Shown here one piece after another: positions 11,741-24,661 of a stretch of DNA of 64,000 bases. The notes below the pieces were generated by a model. It ran no database searches, was not told the origin of the DNA, and saw only the letters and a program-made list of their open reading frames with translations. Position 1 is the stretch's first letter; each line of letters begins with the position of its first letter. Source of the DNA: Utricularia gibba (Eukaryota > Plantae > Magnoliophyta); NCBI GenBank assembly GCA_002189035.1, contig NEEC01000012.1:744001-808000 (forward strand), read 5' to 3'. The position numbers were made by a program, and so were the translations under genes.

Positions 11741-13779
11741 TGGTTCTGTGCTGTGTTAATTCTTTGAAGAAGGTTGTTACTACTGCACCTGTGATGCAAC
11801 CACCTAATTGGAAATATGATTTTGAGATAATGTGTGATGCAAGTAATCATGTTGTGGGTGCTTATTTGCGATAGAAAATTGAAGGAAAGCACCATGTTAT
11901 CTCCTATGCTTCGAATACCTTGGATGAGGCCCAGAAAAATTATACCATCACTGAAAAGGAATTTCTTGCTGTTATTTTTGACTTGGAAAAATTTCATTCT
12001 TATCTTTTAGGTAGCAAACTGTTGGTATACACTGATCATTCGGCGGTGAAGTACTTGATGGAGAAGAAGGACTCAAAACCAAGACTTATTAGATGGGTCC
12101 TTCTTGTTCAAGAGTTTGATGTTGAGATAAAGGACAGACCTGAAAGGGAGAACCTTGTGGCTGATCATCTCAACGGGATTGAAGGAAGTGAAGGAGATGG
12201 AATCATCACTGAAACATTCCCAGATGAACAGCTATGCTCAGTTCGGACTAGTATACGTGAACCGTGGTTTGCTGATCTTGCAAACTTTGTTTCAACAGGG
12301 GTGATGCCACCGGGAATGGACTATCATGCGAGGAACAAGTTGAAAAGTGATGCCAAATGCTACATATGGGATTATCCATATTTATGGAAGAGATGCAATG
12401 ATGGTGTCATTCGAAGGTGCGTTCATGAAAATGAAATTCCAAAAATCATTAATTCTTGTCATGCATGACCTTTTGATGTCCATCATGGACCAAACTAAAC
12501 AGCCAGAAAAATTTTAGATTGCGGATTTTATTGGCCTCACATCTTCAGAGATTGCTACGCTTACTACAAAGGTTGTGAATCGTGCCAAAGGGTAGGAAAT
12601 TTATCAAACAAAAACGAAATGCCCCAACAAGGAATCCTAGTATGTGAATTATTTAATGTATGGGGTATAGATTTTATTGAACCATTTCCTACTTCAATAG
12701 GTTACAATTACATTTTTGTTGCGGTTGATTATGTGTCCAAATGGATTGAGGCAATCCCTACATGAACTGATGATGCCAAGATAGTGATTAATTTCTTGCA
12801 CAACAACATCTTCACGAGATATGGAACTCCTAAGGCGGTGATCAGTGATAGGGGAACACATTTTTATAATCAGGTCTTAAGGAGTGTTTTGAAGCATTTC
12901 AATGTTTGGTACAAGCCTTGTGTAGTGTACCATCCACAAACAATGGCTAAAGTGAAGTTTCCAATAGTGAAATCAAACAAATTTTGAAGAAAGTTGTGAA
13001 CCCAAGCAGAAAGGACTAGAGCATGAGGCTAAAGGATGCACTTTAGGCTTTACAAACAGCATACGAGACTCCCATTGGGACCTCACCATTTCGGTTGGTC
13101 TATGGGAAGCCTTGTAGATTACCAGCAGCTCTTGATCACAAGGCCTGGTGGGTTGTGAATAAGTTGAATTTTTATTGGAACCTCAGTGCAAGTCATAGGA
13201 AGCTACAGCTTTCAGAACTGGAGGAGTTGAGAAATGATGCGTACGAGAGTTCAAAACTATTCAAAGCTTGGATTAAGAGTTATCATGACGTGCATATTTC
13301 CAGGAGAAATTTCGAGATTGGCCAGAAAGTCTTATTATTCCAATCCAGGTTGAAATTGCATCCTGAGAAACTAAAATCAAGATAGATAGGGCCTTTTGTT
13401 GTGAAAGAAATTTTTCCAAATGGTGTAGTGAAGATATTTGATGAAGACTCAAACAAAGGATTTTTGGTAAATGGGCATCACTTGAAATTTTTTTATGAAA
13501 ATGCTAACATGTTCACAGGAAATCTGGAGATGATCAAGCTGATGAATGCTCCAGAAACGTAGCCACACGAGAAGTCGAGCCGAAGACTATAAACAAGGGT
13601 GCTTATGGGAGGCAACCCATAGTTAAGTTTTTAATTTCAACATTTTAATTATTAGTTTAATCTTTTTATTTTAGGACTTTTATCCATATTTTGTGCTGCT
13701 GGGAAATGATTTTTAGTGTTAAGAGGAGTTATTGATGGGGAGTTATTAAAATCAGACCATTGAGATGAGTGGGAAGTTG

Positions 13780-15500
13780 TACCAGAGGGGAATGAAAAAA
13801 ATGCCCATCACGCTTAAAAGTACTTGGAAGAACCGTTACTGTTCTTCACTTCACCCACTTGTCTGCAATTTTTCTGTGAAAAATTACAGTTGTAGAAACA
13901 CAATGCCGGCGACATGAAGCACAAAGAAAGCCACAAAGGAGAAGTCTGGCCGAAAAAAGACGCAAAAGAAATAGGCGAGGGAAGGAACAGGAGATGCTGA
14001 AGCATCCATCACTGTTGCTCCGACCTAGGAAGAAGCGATTCAGCGTGCTGCTGCCACCATAGAGAATCCTCAAGGAGCAGACGTGATCCCTCAAACAGTG
14101 GAGGTGGGAGAGTCCCCTACAGGGAAAAAGCGGAAGGACCCAGCCTCGAAATTGGAACACACCAGTTTGCAGCAACGTTTGAAGGATATGCAGTAGACTT
14201 ATAAGAAGAGAAAAACTCCAACGGAAGAACTACCAATAGAGCCACAGGTCTTGCCTAAGAAGAAAGGAAAAAAAACATGGAAAGAAAAAGCAGAAGGAAC
14301 CACTGGGGGAATCTGCACTGGAAAAAGAACCTGCTGCACCTAAAGAAAAAGTGCTGCCCGTCATGGAGGAAAATGCTGGAATTTCAAGAAATGAAGAAGA
14401 GGCACCAGAGGAAGAGCCTAAGGCTGAAAATGAAATTAAGGAAGAGAAAAATCAAGAGGAGGCTCGCGATAAAAATGAAACTGGACATGCATAGGAAACG
14501 GACGAACATGGTGTGCAGCCACTAGTCTGAGATGAGAAAGAGCAGGGAACCCCACCTGCAGAAACTACCGCGAGCATAACTGAAGTGGAGCAGGAAGGGA
14601 TGGAGAAGGTAAAGAAATTTCTTCCAAAATTGGTTCCTATGTTCATGAATGCAGGGAAATTTGCTGTGGAAAGGGAGCTGTTCCAAAGACAAATGACCGG
14701 AAAACGAATCCCCTATTTCAAGCACCATGTGGATATGTTGAATCACAAATACCTGAAGTTTGAAACAGCAGAATGCATGGACAGGTATGGAGAGGTGAAA
14801 GGTGCTAAGGTAGATTCACATGATTTTGTTGCTTCTTTATTCGATTATCCAACAGACTTTGATGCTGAAGAATTTTATGGAATTTTAACTGATTAGCATG
14901 TCATTGAATTTAAGGCAAAGGGAATGAAATCTGAATTGTTTGTTGATCTGTTCATGCGATATGTTAGTCACTACAACCCTTTTCGAAAAAAATGTTGGGT
15001 TTAATGCTCTTTATAAATGTGAATTATTTGTGTTGTGGTGCATTATGAATAAGCAGTCTTTGAACTTAGGTGCAATGCTTGCTGAACAAATGAATAGGGA
15101 TTATAGGCGTACTAAAATTCAGCAACTAAGCTTTGGTCAGATTGTTATGCATCTGGTGCATACTCTTTGTCCTGAAAAACTGTTTGAGCTTGAATTTTTC
15201 CATAATGAGACTAAGACAGTACTCCTTGATGCATATTTATTGAAAGTTGCTGGACTAATCAAAGCCCAAGGAAGTGGGTTTGTTTTTAGATCTTTGGCAG
15301 GGCTGGAAAAAAAAGCGTTATCCCACGGAAAAAGAAGGGAGACACTGCTGCTCCATCAACCTCGACTCCAACTCAAGGAGAGAAATGCTCCTGCTGCCCA
15401 GAAATGTTGGAGGTGATGAGCATTAAAATTTTAGATTTAATTCGGGTGATCACAAAGTTAAAACAGGGAGTGGCCGACGCCTCCCTGAACAAGTAATCTG
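13780..15500 (+). pseudogene. Athila env-like/extra ORF, copy 1 (fragmented, internally deleted)
   Basis: Acidic N-terminus, then PYFKHHVDMLN and LFVLWCIMNKQSLNLGAMLAEQMNRDYRRTKI. Homologous to 33169-34671. Confidence 0.7.
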
Positions 15501-16134
15501 TTGCTAGAACGATTTAGTATAGTAGGTTTTGAATTTTATTTTATTTTATTTTCATGTTTAGGATCATGTCTACATCAAGGAATGGTATCTATTAGTCTAA
15601 GTTTAGACTTAGAGTTGTGTTTACCGTAGGTTTTGTTTAGTAGCAGCAAACTGTTTCCAGTGGCTAAGTGATTGAACATTATAGCTGCCAGATGAATTCT
15701 GTTGCATGAGTTTTGTAGACCTTTCTGATACCAGTGAGCATGTTTTTATCTTTTTATTTTATGAGAGCATGTGTATGACTAGAGGAATCTAAGGAGTGTA
15801 ATCTAGATTGTTTTTTTTTATGAATTGTTGAACTTCATAGTCATTGTGGAACAGGTTGCCAACACAAAAAAAAAGAGGTGAATAAAGGGTCGAAAAAACA
15901 AAGAAAAAAAATTGAGACCCAAGTCCTAAAAAGCAACACATATAAAAAGAGCATGTGCGGACTCAATAAGTAGTAAGAGAGTGAGTGGGGATAGACTAAT
16001 CTGAAGGAGTATGAAGGAGCTTGGCGTTATAAGGTGTGAGTGCTTGGCAAACACTTTGATGAAGAAAAAGGCAATCACATTATGCCCAAATTAGTTTGGA
16101 ACAAGCTGCCCCTTCACTGCCCCTTCACTGCCAG

Positions 16135-17505
16135 AAAACACATTTTTAATTATGTTTAAGTGTTAATTTTATAGGTTTAAGTATTTTTATTTGATTAGGG
16201 AAAATATGATTTTTGATGTATTAGTGAGGTGAATCCTTTGATTTAGTTCACCACATGTCTAACCCGATTTTGGAGTCTAGCAACAACCCAAAAGTCAAGG
16301 AAGAAATTTGGATTTCGTGCAAGTCACCAAGGTGCAGGGGCAATGAGTGCACTGTCACGGCGACAGTCTGCAAGTCAAGCCCAAGAGCAGCAGATTTGTT
16401 AGAGAATATACTTGTCTTGAGCAGTGGGAGGCGAGAGAAAGAGGAGGAGGAGAGAGAGTCACAAAAAGGGGAGGACAAGCAGAATTTTCAGAACAGACAC
16501 GAGAGGGTTTCTCCCCCAACTCGAACACGAAGAATACAAAAGGAGGAGAAAGAAAGGCGATTTTTTTGAAGAAGAACTTCCAGCATGAAGGAAGAAGATC
16601 AAGACCCAGTGCAGCGCTATTGTTTCGGACTGTGAACAGTAGTAGACGGAAACCAGAACTCTACTGCTTTCTTTTAGTTTGTTGATATCTTAGTTTTTGC
16701 ACCCAACTTCTGCACGATGTTCTTTACATTTTTGTTGTTTTATGTTAATGTCATTACTTTTTACCTTTCAAATATAAGTAGCTAAAGCCCTAGGGATGCC
16801 TTGAGGTGAAGCATAGTGGTGTGGGTCTAGGAATCTTAATAACATTCACCATTGTTTCTTAGCTTTTGTTTCTATCAAGTCATGGGTAGACCTAAGGAGG
16901 AGAATAAGTAGCTTCACAACTTAGACGCTTGATTTAGAGGTAGACCAACAAATCAAGACGTGAGCAGTAGGTGTTAGTCTGAGGTAGGACCAGTAGAACC
17001 GGGTAGACCTAATTCTATATGCTTTGCATGCGGGTAGACCTAATTGCAATGTTGGTGATGATATGGGGGACTAACTTAGCCGAAAATATGATGAATGAAC
17101 TGGTTAGACTTAGGTTATTTGAAGTTGTGAGTGTAGGAACATGGTAGATCAAATTAGGGATTTTGGCACTATACCACCTGCAGACCCTTAAGGCACCTTA
17201 GTATTATTCTGAATTAGAACCTGTACCTATTACTTTAGCGTTAAGACCTGATATCATTTACTGATCTTGTTTACCGAACTTGTTCACCATTGTAGGTCCG
17301 AGCTTAGGCTTAGACTAAGACTTACCATTACCTTGAATTATGCATCTGCTGAAATACATGACAATCACAAGCTCCTTGTGATCGACCCCGACATCCACTA
17401 TACAAGTTTTCTCAATTTGTATTTTGTGTAGATTAAGGCTTATAAATGTATTTGATACGGAAGTTTGCTTTTATTGCAATGATATGCTAAAATTTCTGTT
17501 TATTA
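16135..17505 (+). repeat. Athila 3' LTR, copy 1 (5' edge and PPT deleted)
   Basis: Aligns along its length with the solo LTR at 39153-40423. Confidence 0.8.
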
Positions 17506-17880
17506 GGCAGCCACGTCGAGATACGATCCTTATGCAGAAAAGCTTTGAGAAGCGGATATTATTGGCCAACTATGAGGCAAGATATTACTAAAATGGTAAG
17601 GAAGTGTAAAGTATGCCAATACCATGCAAGCATACCAAGAAAACCAGTAATCGGAAAAGAATTACAATAAGCCCGTTTCCCCAAGAGAATTTTCGGAAGG
17701 AGACTTGGTGCTCCGAAACATTCAACCACAGAGGCATGTGGGAAAATTAGACCACAACTGGGAAGGCCCTTATCGGATCTCAAGGGTAATTGGAAAAGGA
17801 GCTTATTGTCTAGAAGAACTAGATTGCATAGAATTTCCAAGGTCATGGAATGCCTCGCATCTGAGGAAATTCTATGCCTA
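17506..17880 (+). pseudogene. Tat-1 integrase remnant (H2C2 zinc finger joined to the C-terminus; catalytic core deleted)
   Basis: KALRSGYYWPTMRQDITKMVRKCKVCQ, then DHNWEGPYRI..GAYCLEEL..WNASHLRKFY. Confidence 0.85.
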
Positions 17881-17989
17881 ACCAACCCGATATCAATCTC
17901 TATCATAGGTTTTCATAGGTTTCGGTATTTTCTTAATCAAAACACTCAAATGGTCATAAATTCCTCCAAAGTGGAGATGAAATAACAAA

Positions 17990-18535
17990 ATCGTGAGCCT
18001 TGACGAAGTCATGTAAGCCCAGGCAAGTCTTCTAAATCTGCGCCCCTTGGTGGGCGCAGGAAATCAGCTCGGGGCTACCCCCGAAATATAAAATCCTCAC
18101 AACCCAGGCCCCTAGTGATAAGGGTAAGCCTTGGTACAACTTGGGCACCGGTTTCCTAAAACCATTCGTGTAAGCCCCGAAAAATCCCTTTAGTACAAAA
18201 CGTACTGCCAAATCTCGAGACGGCAAGAGCACCCAAAGCAAATCCACCCGTGTTGTTAAAACAATGGGATTCCAGCTAGAAGAGGGCCCATTCAGATTGG
18301 GGACATTGTTCAACCCATGAGGGGTTCCGATCTACCTCCCTAGAAGTGGTTCAGCTCGCGTAAGGGAAGAATAAGGTAAATTAAAATGTCCAACCAAGTG
18401 GTTGACAAAGGATATACAACCCTCGAGTCAAGTGAGCTCACACAAACCCAGGCACTAGTAAGGAGGGTAAGCCCTGGTACAACTCAGGTACCGCTTCCCC
18501 TAAATCGTCCATGAGAGCCCCGGAAAAACTCTAAG
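17990..18535. repeat. Tat-1 3' internal tandem-repeat region (about 1.3 units)
   Basis: Shares TCTCGAGACGGC and GAAGAGGGCCCATTCAGATTGGGG with the array at 26120-27060. Confidence 0.75.
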
Positions 18536-21500
18536 TTTCCTCCTCGGCCATGCTTTCCGAGAATACTCCTCAACAAACTTTCCTCCTCGGCCAATGACTT
18601 CATCTTTGCATCTTGGTCCTCAACATGTTTTCGAAGCCGAAGGATCTCTTGTGAATGAGTCTCGGCTCCTTTGACCATCCTCCATCCGAAAGTTAGAGCC
18701 TGAGAAGGGGACACCGAATAAAGAGTTGAACCATGTATAACTCCAAGAAAAGAAGAAAACTTGTACCTGCCAGATTCTCTTTAGTATAACTTCCGGCTGA
18801 GCATCCGGAAGACTTGGCTCAGCCTCCCTCAACAACCTCCTCAATTCGGTCGGAACCGACGACGGAGGAAGCATCAAATCGCCCCTTACCTCTGTATGAG
18901 TATGCTCTCTCGGTACGGCATTAGGGGGGGCTGAGGTAGAGGCATCCACTGAAAAGAGCTCCGCGTTGGGAATCGGAGTGAGTTTCTCTTTCCCCTTGTC
19001 AGCTAGGAGAAGGGGAGTCGGCTCCTAACTCTCAAAAACTTCGACCACTTAGTTCCCCTATGGCGGGTGATTGCCAACATCCGAATGAACTTCTGGGGAC
19101 CCAATCTGGAAAGAAAGGTAACAAAATGAGAATCGGGAACCTATATTCACCGATAACGGAAAACAGACCTACATAGAAGGTGCCGGCTCAGGTTCTTGCA
19201 TCCTCTGCATCTCGGCAGAGAAGCAGGCCATGACCGAATCCTCCAGAGCACTTCTCAAGGCCATTTCATCAGCTGCAGCCAAAAATCGGGGAAACAATCA
19301 CAATACACCGCGGATGTTGAAACGTGGGGAAGCAGAGCCTAACTACCTCTTTGCTTCTTAGAGGGTTTATGAGCAAGCGTCTTAACCCTCTTCTTTTTCT
19401 TGGGGGCCACGGGTTGAGTGGTTTGGGGAATCAGAGACGAGACAGGAACTAGGGAGAGACTCGGAGGAGGATGGGGGGGGGGTCGGTAAACCGGCGCCTT
19501 TAGAAGGCACAATATCGGGCCAATTAGGATTGCGAGAACGGCCGATAATACCCAACCTCCTTAGAGACTCCCCCGAAAACATCAAGGAACGGGTTTCGAA
19601 CCGAAAGGAAGCTCAGCTAAGCCTTTCGTATAAGGCCTCTCAAGATTCGGACGAGGACCGATATACATCAAAGAGCTTTACTCTAAAGGGAGTTGGGGGA
19701 TTAATCGGGAAGTTCCACCAAAAACATGAGGGGGGCGCCACCCAGACAAAAGAAGACCACCAGTCATGGTGGGTATCGGGAGCTTTCACAATGAAGTGAG
19801 GATTATCCTCAAATCGGCAGAACTGGAAGTGAGAGCATCCATCCATGGGGGATTTCACTTTTCGGACAGCAATTTTGAAAAGGTGAAGAAAATCTACTAG
19901 GGTCATAGCTGGATCCATACCAATTGAATAGATTAAAAACATAGCGAAACAAAAGATGGAATTAGGGACAAGGCAATAAAGCAGCATGGCGAAAGTATGA
20001 AGGAACTGCACTATCAGAGGGTGAAGAGGAATCTGTAAACTGCTTTCAAAGTAAGCTAAGGGAATTGGTAAGCTGAAGGAAGGAAGCGGGCTCTCACCTA
20101 ATCCCCACGGGATTTCAGTTGTTAGTGTATGTGCTCTAGAGACAATCAATTCATTAGCAAATCTTATCTTATGATATTTACTTTGAATTGTGATCAAATT
20201 TATATCATTGATAAAATCCTCTACTTGATCTATGTGCTATAGAAATTATGATGAGATCATAATGTGAGATTCTTCAAGCACTCATGATCAAGTTAAAAAC
20301 TCCCTAGCTAGAGTATTTGTGAAATGAGGATATCACAAATACGGATAAGCTGGCACACATTGAGTTCCCTAAATTGTTTAGGCAATGGTTCTCACAATTG
20401 ATGTAATGAGATTACTAGAACCTATGTGTGGGTGTCGATTAGAGAATCGATTCACTGGATGACTCATCTTCGAGATGCTACTATGGGAAGCTAACCAAGT
20501 GTCAGTAGCAAGATCTCGAATATGACAGCCGTGCAATTAAGCTTAGACTTGAGGTCAACAAAGTTATCTTGATCTTAAGCTCACATTTTCGCTCATTACT
20601 AATGGGAGCCTAACCATGGCTTGCCTAGTATGGATGAGTAGGGATGTGACTCCTTAAGGTTGGAGATAGTTGATTGATCAATAAAGGATTCATCACTCAT
20701 GCTAGCGATGAGATCATATCTCAAGTAATTGTATCAAAGCCTAACAGTAAGTCCTAGGCCCAGGGTAATGACACTCGAATTGTTTGAGTAGGTCATTGAG
20801 TGTTAGTGCTTGAATGCAATTATAAGTTCGATACATCAGAAAGACACACACCCATGTTCTAGTATCGAATGAGATATAAGTATGATGAAAGCTGTTCATT
20901 GCATGGTGGATGGTTATGGAAAGGCTCAATCAGTTCACCTGATTATTCTTACATCTTGGGGATCATGATATGTTGCTAGACATCACTCATGATCGATAAT
21001 GATGGATTTGATTAATTAAGAGTTAATTAATAAATCCATTATTACGGCCTTGATTGAAGAAGCCTATAGGGTCACACACAATAGTGGAGTCACTCAACGA
21101 TATAAAATAGAATAACACAGTTACATGAGATGTAATTGGTAAAGTGGATAAATTAAATTGAGAGTTATTTTGAGATTAATATTGATTAAACTCAAAATAA
21201 AAGATCATATATAAATAAGATTTGGAACATATACATATCTCCACAAGATAAGATCTTTACGAAGATATGATTTGATATGTTACCATATATCTGTCAAAAG
21301 ATTTAGATTTTGAGACATGCTCCATGGGTCTTCGTGCTATCAGAGACTAATCCACAAGGGGGCGTTTTTCTCTACTAGCACCTAAGGAATTCGACCAGCA
21401 TTCCAAAGCCTTGAGAAGGTTATTGACGGAGTGCTCCACGTGTGGATACCATAGAGGCCGTCTCCTATTGGCGGTTGGTGAACAACGGAGTCATCTGAAA

Positions 21501-21714
21501 GGTATTTCAGCATCCCTTAGTCTGATGTATTCTGTATTCCAAGATCTGCGTTGGGGGTTTCTCAAAATTTTAAAATTCCGCTGCTTTTGAGACATACGAT
21601 GTCTACGAGAAACCCAACATCAGTATCCTGAGCGTGAGAAACCTAGTACTCATCAGGGATCAAGCACCGAATGCAGAGAGAAGGGAGGTCCAACTCACTA
21701 GATCTTCTACCCAT
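18535..21714 (-). pseudogene. Spliced antisense gene of Tat-1 (Transposase_28-like N-terminus, basic NLS-like patch, coiled-coil C-terminus); interrupted by the Angela LTR and 3'-truncated
   Basis: ATG at 21714. Coding resumes after the LTR with QIPLHPLIVQFL..LVPNSI. GT-AG introns at 19346-19273, 19168-19106 and 18766-18700. PKKKKRVK near 19385-19407. Confidence 0.8.
20120..21619 (+). mobile_element. Ty1/copia (Angela-like) solo LTR, 1500 bp
   Basis: TGTTAGTGTATGTGCTCTAGAG...AACCCAACA flanked by a perfect 5-bp TSD, TCAGT/TCAGT. No PBS or internal region. Lineage assignment is from recalled LTR motifs. Confidence 0.88.
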
Positions 21715-22191
21715 GTTCAGAAAAATGAAGGAAGGAAAAAACCCTAAAAATAAATGGAAACCCGTGAGAGGGAAGAAGGCAAGAGAAAAAAGAGAGCCCA
21801 ATCAAACCCCAAAAAGCCCAATGGAGAGGGTAACGAACTGACTGATACCTGAAAATTCGCAGTTCGCAGTGGGAGTACGGTGGCGTAGGCGACGGACGTA
21901 CCGTGTTGAAATTTTGTGGAGGAACATAGAAAGCAAATGGGAGGAATGATGGGGAAAGTGCATATTTATAAGGGGATACTCGGAAGACGAAACGGCGCGT
22001 CATTTGAGATGCCCAAAATGAGCTGGAAAAAGCATGGCGCACCCAAGAGGCGACAAGTGGCGATGAAATCGGCCTAAACCGGTACGAGACTTACCCACAG
22101 AAAAGTGATATGCCTAAAGTCGGTATAGTAATAATTCTGACTCATCGATTTGCCTTGAAAAGGCCAATATCGGTAAATCAGAGGGGCTGAA

Positions 22192-22708
22192 TGTTGAGGT
22201 ATAAATCGGGTGAGGATAATCGGTTTCTGAAAGGTTGCCAAAAGGAGCTTTGACAAAATAATGCCAGCCGAAAAATCAATATGTGTCAGAGATCTAACAG
22301 CGGCGACCATATGGCACAGTCTGAAAAGTAGCCGAATTACAGCAGAGTAGGCGGCCGGTATCTGAAGAGCGAGATCACGATACAGGCACAGAAAGCAACC
22401 GACATGTGTAGGATTTAGGACTCGGTCAGATTGGCTTCTTCAATAAGTAGAGGAAATCACGAGGGGAAAGGGGTTCGATCCTTAGCTTCCCAACTTGTAT
22501 TCTCTCCCCTCAACTCCGTCTAGTGAAGATTATCTCCAGCGAGCTCCGGCAGCTCCGTGGAATTTCTGTCTTTCGATGGTTTCCACGTAAAAATCTTGCT
22601 TTATCCGAACCCCGAATACCATGCAAATTCAAACGGAGTACGCTGCCCCCGGCCACACCCATAACTCGAAATTTGGCCCAACCCGGACACCGATGTTCAC
22701 CCTTAACA
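22192..22708 (+). repeat. Tat-1 3' LTR (517 bp)
   Basis: Preceded by purine tract AGAGGGG. Aligns with 7192-7707 and ends CCTTAACA. Confidence 0.9.
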
Positions 22709-23984
22709 CTTCTAATAAATAATGCAAATGCTCAAATATTTTTATTTCATTTGTTATGTAGTTTTCATTTATACAAATTTTGTAAATTATAAAAAAAAAG
22801 AGTTCTTAATATTTTATCTTATCTTTATGATTTTTTTGTTATTGTATTTTATTTTAATAAAATTTTTAGATACATTTTTTTAACAAATTAATAATATATA
22901 TTAGATTTAGAATATAGAATTTAATATTTAGTATTTGCAATTTAGGGATAATATAGCATTAGGTTTCAGGGAAAATTTTATGGATGAAAGTTGGGTTGCA
23001 TTGGGCTTCCCTAAGTTCCTGACTCTAGTTTTAAGGACTTTCACCAAATTTTAGGCTACAGTTAGGATGAAATTTATTTTTTTACTGTTTTGAAATCCAT
23101 GATTTTAATTTGTTTATTCTTTGAGTTGGACCAGCTATAGTTGGCCCATCGCCCTAGTATTTTTTAAAAATGTATTTTATAAAATTAAATATTTAAATTA
23201 TAAAGATTGATTTTAGTTAAATAAATTACAAAGAAGCTTGTTTGTAGAGATTCCAAATTTTAGCAAATATCAACTCAAAAAGTTTTGAAGTAGATATTAT
23301 TTGAATAAAAAAATGAGATTCAAGATTGTTTTTCAAAATGGCATTCATGACAATAGAAGTGCTGATTGATCGTTTTGAAATTCGGATACAATCGTCGCAA
23401 AACTTGAACAGAAGGATGTCCTAATCCACTAGCGTGGACAGTAAGAAAATCATCACCATTATGATGTTTCTGAAGAGCATAACAAAAAATATTGACAGGA
23501 TTAGATGAAACTACGAGCTGGGTAGAGAGATCAAAGGATTTAGTATCTAGAAGATAGAGACCATTCTGAACCGGTGCATTTTGGGGAGGTGGTGAGATTT
23601 AATTATTTTTCTCTTGGTTTTGTGGTTGCGTTTCCTTGCAGCTGCTCGCAGTGTACTAATAGTAAGTGGAATCGCAGTGGAATTTCATTTTTGGGTGTTG
23701 TGGCTTCACAGGCTTTACATAACACAAGGAAGCAAACAGAAGCTTCTGAAGCACCTGAGGGATTTGGGAGATGAAGAGCTTCAGGGTTGCCATCAACTTG
23801 AAGTTGTTTCATAAACTAGGAGACAACATTCCTGCATACCTCATTGGAGTGAAAGCAAGTAGCGAGTGATGGTGGAAACATCCTGAAAGTGATATGGTAC
23901 AACCAAGTAGTATTTATGAATGTGATTGATGATGGGATGTCTGGTCTGGCTTCTTCGAGTCCCCTTTTGGGCCAAATCAAATGA

Positions 23985-24661
23985 TCACTGAACCTGGGCA
24001 TCGTAGTTGAATCCAACCCTGGGTTTTCCCATGCTGAAATTCAAGACTCTGGCCTCCATGTTGTACTGAATCTCTCCTTGATACAGCATCCTCCTGATAT
24101 AATGCTCAATGTCCGAGCCAATCAAACGAAGTGTGTATTCTGTCAACGGAGCTCCCTGTTCCACCATACCACACAATCAATAGTCTTCAGACTTTGAGAA
24201 GAGCAAGAAGGGTTGAGACGATTGACCTCATAGTAGTCGACGAGCTCCTGGAAATAGGAGTAGACTTTGTTGCAGGTTTCATCAGTCCATACGAACTCAT
24301 CAGTGGGATCAAGGATGAGGGTGAGCTTATCGGTCTGAGTCTGATCGAATTCGCACGTCTCAGGATCAATATAAGCAGCGTAAATCCTGACATGCCTTGT
24401 GGTGCTGCTGAGCCACTGCCCTCCCACGTTCCTTTCCATGTTCTTACTTTTCACATTCACCTGCTTCTCAACCGGGCGTGGCTGCGTGGGTATCTGGCTC
24501 CTGCTCTCGACACTCTTCTCTGGTTCTTCTCGGACGCTCGCCTCTTGGGATGAAGTCGCCAGAATCACGCTTCGTCTCTTGACTTGGCTCCTAATCCTCC
24601 TCCAAGCCGTCGTCGCCAAGCCGGCCGAGGCAACGTAAGTGGAAGTTGAACAACAAGACAT
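23985..24661 (-). CDS. NDHM: NAD(P)H-quinone oxidoreductase subunit M, chloroplastic; exons 24661-24227 and 24155-23985, 201 aa
   Basis: RPVEKQVNVKSK, GGQWLSSTTRHVRIYAAYIDPETCEFDQ and VYSYFQELVDYYE|GAPLTEYTLRLIGSDIEHYIR..RVLNFSMGKPR. A 71-bp phase-0 GT-AG intron and an Arg/Ser/Ala-rich transit peptide; no lesions seen. Confidence 0.97.

Larger units (their letters stand above)
11741..17505 (+). mobile_element. Athila-like Ty3/gypsy element nested in Tat-1 pol, 5'-truncated (RNase H, integrase, env-like ORF, 3' LTR)
   Basis: [48 protein letters not shown] and VYGKPCRLP. Post-pol motif TGGGAGGCAACCCA. LTR ends TTTCTGTTTATTA at 17505, where Tat integrase resumes. Confidence 0.88.
7192..22708 (+). 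mobile_element. Tat/Retand-type Ty3/gypsy LTR retrotransposon (Tat-1), degraded, with nested Athila and Angela insertions
   Basis: Homologous TG...CA LTRs at 7192-7707 and 22192-22708. Flanks CTTTT/CTTCT give a 4/5 TSD. Degenerate tRNA-Lys PBS, gag-PR-RT-RH-aRH-INT order and a 3' antisense gene. Confidence 0.9.
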
